From assembly GCA_030603445.1 (NCBI GenBank), contig JAUVXU010000008.1, positions 16,770 to 80,769 of the forward strand: a stretch of 64,000 bases of DNA, read 5' to 3'. The notes under the pieces were generated by a model. That model was not told the DNA's origin and searched no databases. It saw nothing but the letters and a program-made list of their open reading frames with translations. Each line of letters begins with the position of its first letter. Position 1 is the stretch's first letter. Below are positions 38,562-48,369 of the stretch, in pieces. Made by a program: the position numbers and the translations under genes. Source of the stretch: Methanomicrobia archaeon. Lineage in GTDB: Archaea > Methanobacteriota_B > Thermococci > Methanofastidiosales > NM3.

Positions 38562-40061
38562 ATGAAAGAAATAAAAAAAACAAAATCTATATGCCCCGAA
38601 TGTTTTCAAGTTATTGATGCAACGCTCTATGAAAAAAACGGGAAAATAATAATGGAAAAAGAGTGTAGCGAACATGGTCATTTTAGCGATATTGTCTGGT
38701 CTGATGCAAAATATTACCACTGGGCAGAATCGTATATGCATGATGGAACAGGTTTATCTAATCCACAAACAAAAGGAGATGATAACTGCCCATATGCATG
38801 TGGCATATGCAACAATCACCTTACATCCACATTACTTGCAAATATTGATATAACAAACAGATGCAATATGCACTGCCCAATTTGTTTTGCAAATGCAGCT
38901 GCTGCAGGATATGTATTAGAACCATCAAAAAGCGAGATAACAACTATTTTAGAAAATCTGGTAAATGAGAAACCAGTACGTTGCTGGGGAGTTCAATTCT
39001 CTGGGGGAGAGCCTACAATACGAGACGATTTTCCAGAAATAATTGCTGAGGCAAAACGTCTAGGCTTTACACAAATTCAAATTGCAACAAATGGCAAGAG
39101 ATTTTCAAAAGACCCAGAATTTGCCAAAAAAGTTCTAGATTCCGGAGTAAACACAGTATACTTACAATTCGATGGCATTAATGAAGCCCCATATATTGCA
39201 GCTAGAGGGTACAACGCACTTCCAGAAAAATTGAAGGCAATTAAGAACATGCGTGACGTGGGATATACTTCTGTGGTGTTAGTTCCGACACTTGTAAAAG
39301 GAGTAAATGATGATCAAGTGGGAGATATTGTTCGCTTCGCAATGGACAATGGAGACATTATAAAAGGCGTGAACTTTCAACCAGTTTCTTTTTCAGGAAG
39401 AATCGACAAAGAAGAATTAGAGAAGAAGCGTATCACGATTCCAGATCTTGGCAATCTTCTGGAAGAACAGACAAAAGGACAAATAGGGAAAAAGGACCTA
39501 TATCCTGTACCCAGCGTCTCAGTTGTTTCGGACATTATTGCTAAATGGAAACAAACACCCCAAGTAAGCCTTACATGCCATGCACACTGTGGTGTTGGTA
39601 CTTATCTGTTCAAAAATAATGGAGATATAATCCCAATTACACGATTTGTCGATGTTGATGGCTTGTTCAGTCTTTTAAAAGAAGTAAATGATGATATGGG
39701 AAATGGCGGGAAAATCGCAAAAGTAAAAGCTGTCACGAAGTTAAGCCGAGAAATACCTAAACTAATAGACAACTCGAAAGCACCAGATGGCCTCAATCTT
39801 AGAAACCTGCTGCTAAATATTATAACAAACGGCACAGTAGAGGATACTGCTGCTTTCCACAACAATACTTTGTTCCTTGGAGCTATGCACTTTATGGACC
39901 CATATAACTTTGACTTAGAACGTGTGTGTCGTTGTGGGATCCATTACGGCCTTCTTGATGGACGTGTTATACCATTTTGTACGTACAATACTTTGCATAG
40001 AGAAAAATTCGAAAAGAAGTATGGCATACCTCTTTCTGAATGGAAAAAACACAATAAATAA
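38562..40061 (+). CDS. radical SAM enzyme with N-terminal rubredoxin-like Cys cluster (possible tetraether lipid synthase Tes/GDGT-MAS-like)
   Basis: CPECF...CSEHGH plus CPYACGICNNH precede the CNMHCPICFA (Cx3Cx2C) radical SAM core; 499 aa. Confidence 0.8.
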   Translation: MKEIKKTKSICPECFQVIDATLYEKNGKIIMEKECSEHGHFSDIVWSDAKYYHWAESYMHDGTGLSNPQTKGDDNCPYACGICNNHLTSTLLANIDITNRCNMHCPICFANAAAAGYVLEPSKSEITTILENLVNEKPVRCWGVQFSGGEPTIRDDFPEIIAEAKRLGFTQIQIATNGKRFSKDPEFAKKVLDSGVNTVYLQFDGINEAPYIAARGYNALPEKLKAIKNMRDVGYTSVVLVPTLVKGVNDDQVGDIVRFAMDNGDIIKGVNFQPVSFSGRIDKEELEKKRITIPDLGNLLEEQTKGQIGKKDLYPVPSVSVVSDIIAKWKQTPQVSLTCHAHCGVGTYLFKNNGDIIPITRFVDVDGLFSLLKEVNDDMGNGGKIAKVKAVTKLSREIPKLIDNSKAPDGLNLRNLLLNIITNGTVEDTAAFHNNTLFLGAMHFMDPYNFDLERVCRCGIHYGLLDGRVIPFCTYNTLHREKFEKKYGIPLSEWKKHNK

Positions 40062-40131
40062 TCGTGGAGTAATCATTACTTCCCCATATTTTTTTAATAT
40101 TGACAAATAAAGGAACGAAACATTTATAATC

Positions 40132-40554
40132 ATGGATAGATTATCCATCCATGGTGATACTTTGGAAAAAAGAAACATGATGATGGCCGCCATAGTCGCT
40201 TTTGTTGTAATAGTCTCTATTGTAGGAACATATAATTACACTCAAAGGGACTCGGATAAAGCAACAGTAACGCTAATTATAGATTTCAACGGGTTTGGAG
40301 AAAACGTAACATATGAAAACGTCAAGATGCCAGAAAGTTCCACAGTGCTTGATTTGCTCAATAATAAGACGGACCTACAAACTGAAGATACGTCATTTGG
40401 AAAGATGGTAGTATCGATTAATGATGTAGCGCAAGATGCAGACAGTAACTTGTGGTGGACATACACCATAAACGATGAGTACGCTGCAGCTGGGGCAGAA
40501 GTACAGTTGCTCAACGATGGGGACATCATAAAATGGACTCTGAGTCAGTTCTAA
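40132..40554 (+). CDS. DUF4430-like (transcobalamin-like) membrane-anchored binding protein
   Basis: N-terminal TM; NLWWTYTINDEYAAAGAEVQLLNDGDIIKW signature. Confidence 0.55.
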   Translation: MDRLSIHGDTLEKRNMMMAAIVAFVVIVSIVGTYNYTQRDSDKATVTLIIDFNGFGENVTYENVKMPESSTVLDLLNNKTDLQTEDTSFGKMVVSINDVAQDADSNLWWTYTINDEYAAAGAEVQLLNDGDIIKWTLSQF

Positions 40555-41084
40555 AATATAATGGTAGCAAAAAAATTGTACTGCTCTCAATATTCGTGGC
40601 ATTGGGGGCAGTCTTTAAAGTATTCCTAGCAGTGATACCAAACGTAGAACTGGTAACTTTTTGGGTATTTGTAGTAACAATGGTCTACGGGGTAAAAATG
40701 GGATTCCTTACAGGATTTCTCTCAAATATCCTAGCTGATACGTATATCGGCGCAGGACCGTGGACCCCTTTTATTTCTCTTGCCTTTGGAATTGTAGCAA
40801 TAATAACCCACTTTTATGCAAAAGCAGGATTTAACTCTAAAAAAGATTATATTTATTGTGGCATCCTTGTAACAGTAGTTTTCGATCTTTTTACAGTAGT
40901 AACAACAACGTGGCTAATACTCGGCGTCCCACTCCCTGTAGCACTATATATGCAATATGGCATAATGCCGCCCCTATTCTATCCTTTTGGTATTGTGCAT
41001 ACTGTCTCCAATGCCGCAATATTCTCAATTGCCAGTGTGAAGATTATAAGTGTGCTAAAAACGAATTCCAGCATTTTTTATTAA
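40533..41084 (+). CDS. ECF-transporter S-component-like membrane protein
   Basis: Five to six TM helices, about 180 aa, overlapping the DUF4430 gene end (cotranscribed pair). Confidence 0.5.
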   Translation: MDSESVLKYNGSKKIVLLSIFVALGAVFKVFLAVIPNVELVTFWVFVVTMVYGVKMGFLTGFLSNILADTYIGAGPWTPFISLAFGIVAIITHFYAKAGFNSKKDYIYCGILVTVVFDLFTVVTTTWLILGVPLPVALYMQYGIMPPLFYPFGIVHTVSNAAIFSIASVKIISVLKTNSSIFY

Positions 41085-41097
41085 ATAATACATAACA

Positions 41098-42291
41098 TCA
41101 CTTAAGTAATGTCCTTGCTCTATCTCCAATTCTATCAGAATCAACATAGCATTGCTCAAGTCCAGGGACAACTACTCTCACAACAGATACGCCAACATCC
41201 TTGTTAGTGAGATCTACAACAGAAACTATGGGAAATCCCTTAGAAGATAATATACTTACCAACGCTTCTATATCATCACGCACATATTCTGTAGACAAAG
41301 AGGCAGTCTCTGAAAAAGATAATTTCTGATCACTTGAAGAATACCACATCTTATTCATGCGTTTGATACGATCATAGCCTAGTTTTCTTTTGAAGGCGGA
41401 TGCACTTGGATTTTCAGAATTAATCTTTATCTGGGTAAGCCTGCTTTGGGCAACTTCGGTTATGGCCCTTAAAAGTGCCACCCGGGGGTCTAAATGGGTG
41501 CCAACACCGATGTTTAAAAGAGTTGGATCTTTTAGCTTCACATCATCAGAAACTGCCACAAATGTTGGAATTCCAAGATCTGAAGTGATATCTTTTATAC
41601 CAATCTCTACATCTGCATCAGAGAATTTATCAATCAATTTACATGTTTGGTTATCATTCGTATCAATCTTTACATCAAATGGTGTTCTTTTCACAATTTC
41701 TGCAAGAGACCATGCATCACGCTCTATAACTTCACATAAGGCATGCAAAATAGCTTCCTCAATACAATTGCCTGATGCCAAGCCGTTAGTATTTGAGCGA
41801 AATATCCATCCGTATCTGGGTGGAAACGGATGAAAGACTGCATTAGAAGGAATATAAACGCCTTGTTTATCCACAAGATTAAAACCCTTGGTCCAACCAA
41901 TTGTCATCCCCTCACTATAAGAATAAGGGTTTGGAAGCACCAAAGATGCGGGACGAATATAGTTAATAGGCAACTGTGAAGCTGCAGCAATTGTCACCAT
42001 GTCCTCGTTTAACTCAGAACTCTGGCGTTCGATAGCTTCCATCATTGCAGAGACTTTTGCCTCAATAGCTGTTGTTCCTTTGCCATTGTATACTTGTACT
42101 CCATTCCCATTAGAAACTGTTCTGCAAGATATAAAAACAGGTATTCCAATCCTGTCAAGATGAGTAATCTCCTCAACGTTAGTAACGCCGATAGCAGACA
42201 TCTTATTTTTTATCCTCGTGTATGTCTCTTCAGGATCAATTACCCTATGGGTGGTATCGACATATTTTTTTCTACATCGAGAAAGTTCCAT
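41098..42291 (-). CDS. ycaO: YcaO-domain protein
   Basis: YNGKGTTAIEAKVSAMMEAIER ATP-binding YcaO block; about 400 aa. Confidence 0.8.
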   Translation of the reverse strand: MELSRCRKKYVDTTHRVIDPEETYTRIKNKMSAIGVTNVEEITHLDRIGIPVFISCRTVSNGNGVQVYNGKGTTAIEAKVSAMMEAIERQSSELNEDMVTIAAASQLPINYIRPASLVLPNPYSYSEGMTIGWTKGFNLVDKQGVYIPSNAVFHPFPPRYGWIFRSNTNGLASGNCIEEAILHALCEVIERDAWSLAEIVKRTPFDVKIDTNDNQTCKLIDKFSDADVEIGIKDITSDLGIPTFVAVSDDVKLKDPTLLNIGVGTHLDPRVALLRAITEVAQSRLTQIKINSENPSASAFKRKLGYDRIKRMNKMWYSSSDQKLSFSETASLSTEYVRDDIEALVSILSSKGFPIVSVVDLTNKDVGVSVVRVVVPGLEQCYVDSDRIGDRARTLLK

Positions 42292-42413
42292 AGAAAATAC
42301 AAAAACAAAACACTATAATAATCTTCCCTTTTAACATAGGGACATATCTATGTATTTCCTTAACAACTAGCTATATCATGCAATGAAGTAGAAATATTAA
42401 ATAGTTTCTACAA

Positions 42414-42668
42414 TTAGATGTTATATATATAATTTGACGATGTAACATCCTTTTGATGCATAGCACCTTTTGATATAGATGTTTTCATAGGTGTCCATGA
42501 ATTCATCCTATAGTCGCTTACTCTTGTCGTTGCAATTGTACCAAGACTCAATAACGCAGCACCAATGTATAACATCCAAAAAGTATTAGCTACAACTACT
42601 GGATTTTTGAATGCTAGAAATAACATTCCTGCTAAAACCGAGAACACAAACAGCATTTTTGATAACAT
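42414..42668 (-). CDS. hypothetical small membrane protein
   Basis: Two predicted TM helices; sits in the AT-rich island. Confidence 0.3.
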   Translation of the reverse strand: MLSKMLFVFSVLAGMLFLAFKNPVVVANTFWMLYIGAALLSLGTIATTRVSDYRMNSWTPMKTSISKGAMHQKDVTSSNYIYNI

Positions 42669-43220
42669 TCTTTTCCCACCCTGTATTTGTATAATGAAGA
42701 CTCATTATACTAAATTTAATGTATATATTGGTATTACAATACCTATATACATATAGATATGAAGATATGTTATATTTAAATCTTTCGATAGAAAAGGTAT
42801 ATTAAGACCAATATTCTTTAATATACTCTAGCATGTGATACAAAATGGCATTACACTCTCTAAAAAATATGTGTCACTAGGAAAAAAATTATATAAAAAC
42901 ATTTTATTATCATTTTTTCAAAACTGTTACTAAACATTATATTGAATTAAAATACTAAAAAAATAAAAATAGATAAGAGGAACAGTGAGTCCATCGCGAC
43001 TTGAACGCGAGGCTTTCTTCATGTCAAGTCCTGATATGACGTGATCGAATCATCTCTTGACTGCCTTTGTATATTATGTCAAATACAACAATATCTCCAA
43101 AAATATTTGATGATTTCCGGTGTTCGCCTCCTATGACGAAGGCATGAATTCTGATAATGGATAATAAGGAATAAGCGATATTCTTGGAAATCTAGCAGAA
43201 ATACTGAAAATAATAAGAAA

Positions 43221-43297
43221 TGGTGGGCCCGTCGAGATTTGAACTCGAGACCTCCGCCATGTCAAGGCGACGTCATAGCCAACTAGACCACGGGCCC
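43221..43297 (-). tRNA. tRNA-Val (GAC)
   Basis: Acceptor GGGCCCG/CGGGCCC, anticodon loop TTGACAT, T-loop GAGTTCAAATCTC, encoded CCA. Confidence 0.85.
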
Positions 43298-43360
43298 AAT
43301 GTTATCAAGCAAAATAGGATTTTTATTTGTCTTTAAAAAACTTACTATTTGATAGCGAGC

Positions 43361-43549
43361 CTATTCTATTTTAGCCATAACAAATGCAAATATCCCTGCA
43401 AACAGCAATGCAATGATCACTGCACCTTTAAGGAAATAAATTAATTGTTGAGACCAATCAACAATACCATATGGCACCGCCAAATAAAGAGACACCGCAA
43501 TCATTAATAAACCAATTATAACCCACAAAATTTTATTCATAGTTAACAC
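43361..43549 (-). CDS. hypothetical small membrane protein
   Basis: 62 aa, two TM helices. Confidence 0.35.
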   Translation of the reverse strand: MLTMNKILWVIIGLLMIAVSLYLAVPYGIVDWSQQLIYFLKGAVIIALLFAGIFAFVMAKIE

Positions 43550-43696
43550 CCTCCAATATTTTATGGACTATGTATTTATTAGTGCTTATAAATTTACTCC
43601 CTAATAACCTATAAAATATGAATTATAATTTTATTTAAAAGATATAAAAGCCATAAAAAGAAAATACTTTAATACTAAGATTATACAATACTTAAT

Positions 43697-44662
43697 ATGC
43701 TCCCAATTACCTTCTCATCCCCGGCGCGGGTTGATTTATCCGGTGGTGCAGCAGACATCTTCGGACTTAGCACTCTTTCGGTTGCTATTGACATAAGAGC
43801 GTACTGTACTATCAAACAGAATGAACAAGGAACGATTGTGGCAAATATTGGAAAAGGCGAAATACCTATCTCAATGGCATATGCGCCACCATACGCGATA
43901 TTAAAGCATATTGTTCAGCATTTCTCATTAAATGAAGCAATAACAATTGAGATAAAAACGGATATTCCGATGTCTGGCGGGCTTGGTGGATCAGCCTCCA
44001 TTTCAGTTGCAGTGATTAGCGCCTTGAATAAATGGAAAAATTGGGGGTTGACACGCTACCATATTGCAGAACATGCTCAAAGGGTGGAAACTGTTGAGAT
44101 GAAGTTAAAAAATGGTTATCAAGATCAGTACTGCTCGGCCTTTGGTAAATGTGTTTTTATGGACTTCAAAAATAAAGAGAATAGGGATATAGGGGAAGAA
44201 CCATATGCTATAGTAGAACAGTTGCCAATTCCATACACGATTGTTGTGGCACATACAGGGATCAAACATAACTCGGGAGATGTGAATGCACAGACATATA
44301 ATCTCTATCATAAAGGCGATACGAGCACTATAAAAAACATCATGCGTCTGGACACCATAACACGAGAACTTAGGTCGGCCCTAATAGATAAAGATTTTTC
44401 TAAAACATGTAATATCATATCAGAAAATCAAGAAATAATAAAAAAGTTTAAACGATCCCTCCCAGAGAATGAAAAACTTATAGATGTAGCTATGAACTCG
44501 GGTGCTGGTGCTGCAAAGGTAACTGGAGCAGGATGCGGGGGATCGATTGCAGCACTGTGTGAAACTCCAGATATTGCACAAAATGTGGCATCTGCATTAA
44601 GAAAACATTCACAGTTTGTAAAAATATGTTCTGTTGCAGAAGGTGTGAGATATGAAGTATGA
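43697..44662 (+). CDS. GHMP-family kinase (specificity unknown)
   Basis: PMSGGLGGSASISVA GHMP ATP-binding motif. Confidence 0.75.
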   Translation: MLPITFSSPARVDLSGGAADIFGLSTLSVAIDIRAYCTIKQNEQGTIVANIGKGEIPISMAYAPPYAILKHIVQHFSLNEAITIEIKTDIPMSGGLGGSASISVAVISALNKWKNWGLTRYHIAEHAQRVETVEMKLKNGYQDQYCSAFGKCVFMDFKNKENRDIGEEPYAIVEQLPIPYTIVVAHTGIKHNSGDVNAQTYNLYHKGDTSTIKNIMRLDTITRELRSALIDKDFSKTCNIISENQEIIKKFKRSLPENEKLIDVAMNSGAGAAKVTGAGCGGSIAALCETPDIAQNVASALRKHSQFVKICSVAEGVRYEV

Positions 44663-45401
44663 TACAGTAGTCTTTGACTTAGATGGCGTTCTTTTAGAAG
44701 AAGGGAAGCTTACTTCCGAGGGAAAAATAGGAATAGAAATGCTTTTTGAGAAAGGCGTTCGTGTTATCTATTCATCCGGGAAAAATTATTGGTACACGGC
44801 CGGAGGCATCTCCTTCTCAAATATTATCAAGGACGACACAATAATCATAGCAGAAAATGGAGGCATCATATTCTTTCCATTGACAAAGGAGAAGTTGGTC
44901 TTGTCACAAGGATATGGCAATATTGCAAAATTAGCAGAATATTTCTATAAGGAACACTGCACAAAAGATGGCAACCATACTGTGTTTAAAGACACAGGCG
45001 GTATCATATGGCAGGAGCCCAAGGAAACAATATTTACATTATTCCCCAAAGATAAAAACACGATCCCCATACTAAAAAAAGTACTTGAAGATATCATAAT
45101 TCACTTGAATTTCCCTGTTTATGCAATAGACCACTCTGATGCAGTTGACATAATGCCATTAAAGCAGCACAAAGGAAATGCACTCAAATACCTATCTAAT
45201 AAAGGAATTATCAATATGGAAAAAACTGTAGCCTTTGGCGATGGAAACAACGATAAAGAGATGCTTGAGGAAGTTGGTATGCCAGTAACCGTTGACAACG
45301 CAAGTGACGCCATAAAACATATTGTAAGAAGTAGAGAAGGAATAATAACATCAAAAGGATATGGTAAAGGCGTGCTAGAAGCAATAGAACACTTGTTTTA
45401 A
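44652..45401 (+). CDS. HAD-superfamily Cof-type phosphatase
   Basis: VVFDLDGVLL motif I, GDGNNDKEML motif IV; overlaps the kinase gene end. Confidence 0.7.
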   Translation: MKYDTVVFDLDGVLLEEGKLTSEGKIGIEMLFEKGVRVIYSSGKNYWYTAGGISFSNIIKDDTIIIAENGGIIFFPLTKEKLVLSQGYGNIAKLAEYFYKEHCTKDGNHTVFKDTGGIIWQEPKETIFTLFPKDKNTIPILKKVLEDIIIHLNFPVYAIDHSDAVDIMPLKQHKGNALKYLSNKGIINMEKTVAFGDGNNDKEMLEEVGMPVTVDNASDAIKHIVRSREGIITSKGYGKGVLEAIEHLF

Positions 45402-45408
45402 GCAATCT

Positions 45409-46989
45409 CTATCTAATCTCAACCTCTACTGTGAAAAATACTGGGCCACGAACATCTATTTTGTTGTTCTTCATCTGGATAAAAGTGCGCATCTCATCAG
45501 GTATTGCAAGATTGACGTCTTTTAGGCGTTTTGCCATGCCAAAATAATACTGCTTTTTTCCAGTAAAAGAGGACTTGAGCAGTTCCTCTACGTCCTTTGC
45601 AACCTTAAATAGGAACGCATCGATATATGTAGTACCAGTAGAAACTCCATTCTCAGCAACATTTTCTAGCTTTCCTGACAACCCTTCCGGAGGTATTCCA
45701 TATATGTTTCCCTGGTATGCATAAACCATATTGAATGCAGCTGGTCCAAGGAGATTCTTGTTCTCCTCCTTTTCACTGATGCGGACCACTACGTTCTTTG
45801 CATACAAATCGCCCTCGAAAACCACATATTCACAAGGGCTTTTCTCATTTCCATACTTCCTTGCTGCAGAAGATATTATTTCAATCAATGGGGCCATTTC
45901 ATCTGTTTGTGGTTTCTCGATAAATGATATTGAATTGGCTATCTCCTCATCTGTAAAAGATAATGAATAAAACTCAGGATGATGCAACTGCCGCAAATCA
46001 TCCTCATCCTCAAGTAACATTATCAAGCGGCCCAATCCCGGGCCAGAATTAAACACAGGGTATGGTATGCCATAATGCGCAAGCGCGATAGGGGAGTACA
46101 TTCCCACTTCTGTAACCTCAACCCATCCAAAACGATCATCTTTCACAAATACCTCATAATTAGTGCCATAAGCATAGTAAATGGCTTGATTGGGTTTTTT
46201 CTTGAATTTCAGTTTTTTGAATCCCATCCTGTTGAAAAATTCCTTTGTAATGTATATTCCGTCTGCAATATTTAGATTCTCGTCCATAGCCACCATTGAA
46301 AGATTGTAATGGGCACGCAGATGCATAGGGTCCTCACGTTGCTCCCTGCGGTAACGCCAGCCGGAAGTAAATAGCATCACCGGCAGTGATACCTTTTTAA
46401 CAAATTGTGCAAGTGTGGGGAACCATGCTGTCGTGAAATGAGAGTTTAGCACCATATCTGTAGCCAATGGTTTGATATCTAACACTTCAGGGAATGCCTC
46501 ATTAATAATATACATCGCATCCTCGGGAGAAACTTTTAATCGCTTTGCTATCTCTTCGCTAAGGTCTCCAGGATCTATTTTATCAAGTTTATAATCTCTA
46601 AATATATTTTTTAGTTTCCCCATATCAAGAGAAGGCACTTTTTTAAATACTTCATTTTTTTTATCATCAGATATGCCAATATCTGGTCTTGGGAGAGTTG
46701 CAAGAAAATATAATCTATCAAGTATCGCAGGTGACTCGGGCCCATATTGCATTTCCACGTGCTTTTTAGAGAAAAATTGTTTTAGATAAACTTCATCAAA
46801 ACCCATATCCAATAAAATATCACGAGATTTCAATGCATATTTGGATAGGAGATGTTCTTTTCCTTTTTTTTCAGGAAAATTAAATGTGCGTTTTCCTTCA
46901 AAATAAGATCCTGTGTTTTTCCACTCTTTAAAAAAATCTTCCTTAGAGCGTTTCAGGATATCTTCAATAGGAAACATTGTTATTCTCAC
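45409..46989 (-). CDS. sepS: O-phosphoseryl-tRNA(Cys) ligase
   Basis: PheRS-alpha-like class II core. Blocks GKEHLL, LYFLATLPRPDIGIS, GWRYRREQ and C-terminal KIDVRGPVFFTVEVEI match SepRS as recalled from memory. Confidence 0.75.
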   Translation of the reverse strand: MRITMFPIEDILKRSKEDFFKEWKNTGSYFEGKRTFNFPEKKGKEHLLSKYALKSRDILLDMGFDEVYLKQFFSKKHVEMQYGPESPAILDRLYFLATLPRPDIGISDDKKNEVFKKVPSLDMGKLKNIFRDYKLDKIDPGDLSEEIAKRLKVSPEDAMYIINEAFPEVLDIKPLATDMVLNSHFTTAWFPTLAQFVKKVSLPVMLFTSGWRYRREQREDPMHLRAHYNLSMVAMDENLNIADGIYITKEFFNRMGFKKLKFKKKPNQAIYYAYGTNYEVFVKDDRFGWVEVTEVGMYSPIALAHYGIPYPVFNSGPGLGRLIMLLEDEDDLRQLHHPEFYSLSFTDEEIANSISFIEKPQTDEMAPLIEIISSAARKYGNEKSPCEYVVFEGDLYAKNVVVRISEKEENKNLLGPAAFNMVYAYQGNIYGIPPEGLSGKLENVAENGVSTGTTYIDAFLFKVAKDVEELLKSSFTGKKQYYFGMAKRLKDVNLAIPDEMRTFIQMKNNKIDVRGPVFFTVEVEIR

Positions 46990-47420
46990 CTATAATCAAG
47001 TTTATTATCCATTGCAGGCGTTTTCTGTTCTTGTTTTGCACCTACCGAAGGCATTGGTATTGGGGGTATTAGTTCTAATTGCTTTGCAATAATTACCAAT
47101 TCTGGCATGCAAAATCTTAATATGGCCGTATGTATCTCTTGAGAAAGCGCAGCCGGAATCTTCTTGCTCTCTGGTTCGATGCTTGAAGTGTCAATATCCC
47201 CATACACTAGTTCTCCCTCTATTTTTACACTGGCAAAATTTGGAAAATAGTCAACAGAATACACAAAACCCACAATAAGGAGATCATCTGTTACCTGCAA
47301 GGACGTGATTCCTGAGCTATTTGTAATCTTTATATTTTTTAAGGCCCCATTTCCCTTTATGAAACGTTTCGCATCTATTGAACGAATAGATATTTTCTTT
47401 ATTATTGTTCTCACCCGCAC
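46986..47420 (-). CDS. hypothetical protein cotranscribed with sepS
   Basis: 144 aa; ATGA overlap with the sepS start. Confidence 0.45.
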   Translation of the reverse strand: MRVRTIIKKISIRSIDAKRFIKGNGALKNIKITNSSGITSLQVTDDLLIVGFVYSVDYFPNFASVKIEGELVYGDIDTSSIEPESKKIPAALSQEIHTAILRFCMPELVIIAKQLELIPPIPMPSVGAKQEQKTPAMDNKLDYR

Positions 47421-47451
47421 GTTACGTCAAAGTTATGCTTTAAATAGATTA

Positions 47452-48369
47452 TTATTCCCTACTAAGCAGGACGACCCTACTCTCAGGAGATTCGTTGACT
47501 ATTTTGTATGAGCAAAGAGATTCAATCTCTTCTGCAAACGTCCTAATCTCCTCATGGGACGGCATGTTCTCTATAGTTAGCCTATTACGTGAAAACCCAA
47601 CAAACATGTACGCCTTCATCTCGACATACGTTGGGCTCCCTTTCTCTATTAATTTGGCATATTCCTGTGGTTCGCACATATTGTAGCCTTTTACGAGTGT
47701 TAGGCGCATAACCTTTTGAGTATCAAGAGAAGGAAAGAGCGAAATAGTTTCATTTAAGCGTTCCCACCCATCAGATATAATCGGGTTACATAGCTTAGAA
47801 TATATTTTCTTATTTGGTGCAGCCACAGTTACATAAAGATTCCATGGTAGTGAATCCATATGTTCCAATATATCTGGGTTCGTTCCATTTGTTACAAGAA
47901 ATGTTGTAAATCCGCCCTGCTTGAATTCATTGATAAGGTCAGAAAGAAGGGGATAGCACGTTGGTTCGCCTGATAAGGAAATAGCAACGTTGTTAGGATT
48001 GTTTGCCTCTTCTAGTTTTTTTGCGTCGATGCGATCAAGAACCCCCTGATATCCTGAAAGAAGGATTCTCTGTGCCTTTATGGATTGTTCAACAATATAC
48101 TGTGGGGCATCTACATTAGCAGGTACATCTTCAGTGAATCGGACTGGGCGCCAGCAAAAGAGGCATTTTTGTGTACACCAGTTTACTGCAGGAGTCATCT
48201 GCAAACAACGATGGGACTGTATTCCATAAAATTTTTGTTTGTAACAGACACGATTGCGCATGATGCTTTCCTTTAGCCAATGGCAAAGTTTTGCTGCAGA
48301 ATGTTCTCCTATTAACTGGTATCGCTGTTTTCTTAACAAATCTCTTGTAGACTCTATAATATCAATCAC
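47452..48369 (-). CDS. taw1: tRNA 4-demethylwyosine synthase (TYW1/Taw1, radical SAM)
   Basis: FYGIQSHRC, CTQKCLFCW cluster, SGEPT motif. Confidence 0.75.
   Translation of the reverse strand: MIDIIESTRDLLRKQRYQLIGEHSAAKLCHWLKESIMRNRVCYKQKFYGIQSHRCLQMTPAVNWCTQKCLFCWRPVRFTEDVPANVDAPQYIVEQSIKAQRILLSGYQGVLDRIDAKKLEEANNPNNVAISLSGEPTCYPLLSDLINEFKQGGFTTFLVTNGTNPDILEHMDSLPWNLYVTVAAPNKKIYSKLCNPIISDGWERLNETISLFPSLDTQKVMRLTLVKGYNMCEPQEYAKLIEKGSPTYVEMKAYMFVGFSRNRLTIENMPSHEEIRTFAEEIESLCSYKIVNESPESRVVLLSRE

Noticed and set aside
42985-43080. Complete intron-containing tRNA at 42985-43080
   Set aside because: Only a T-arm plus 3' acceptor strand could be paired. No complementary 5' acceptor strand within 300 nt, so kept only as a tRNA-like fragment finding.
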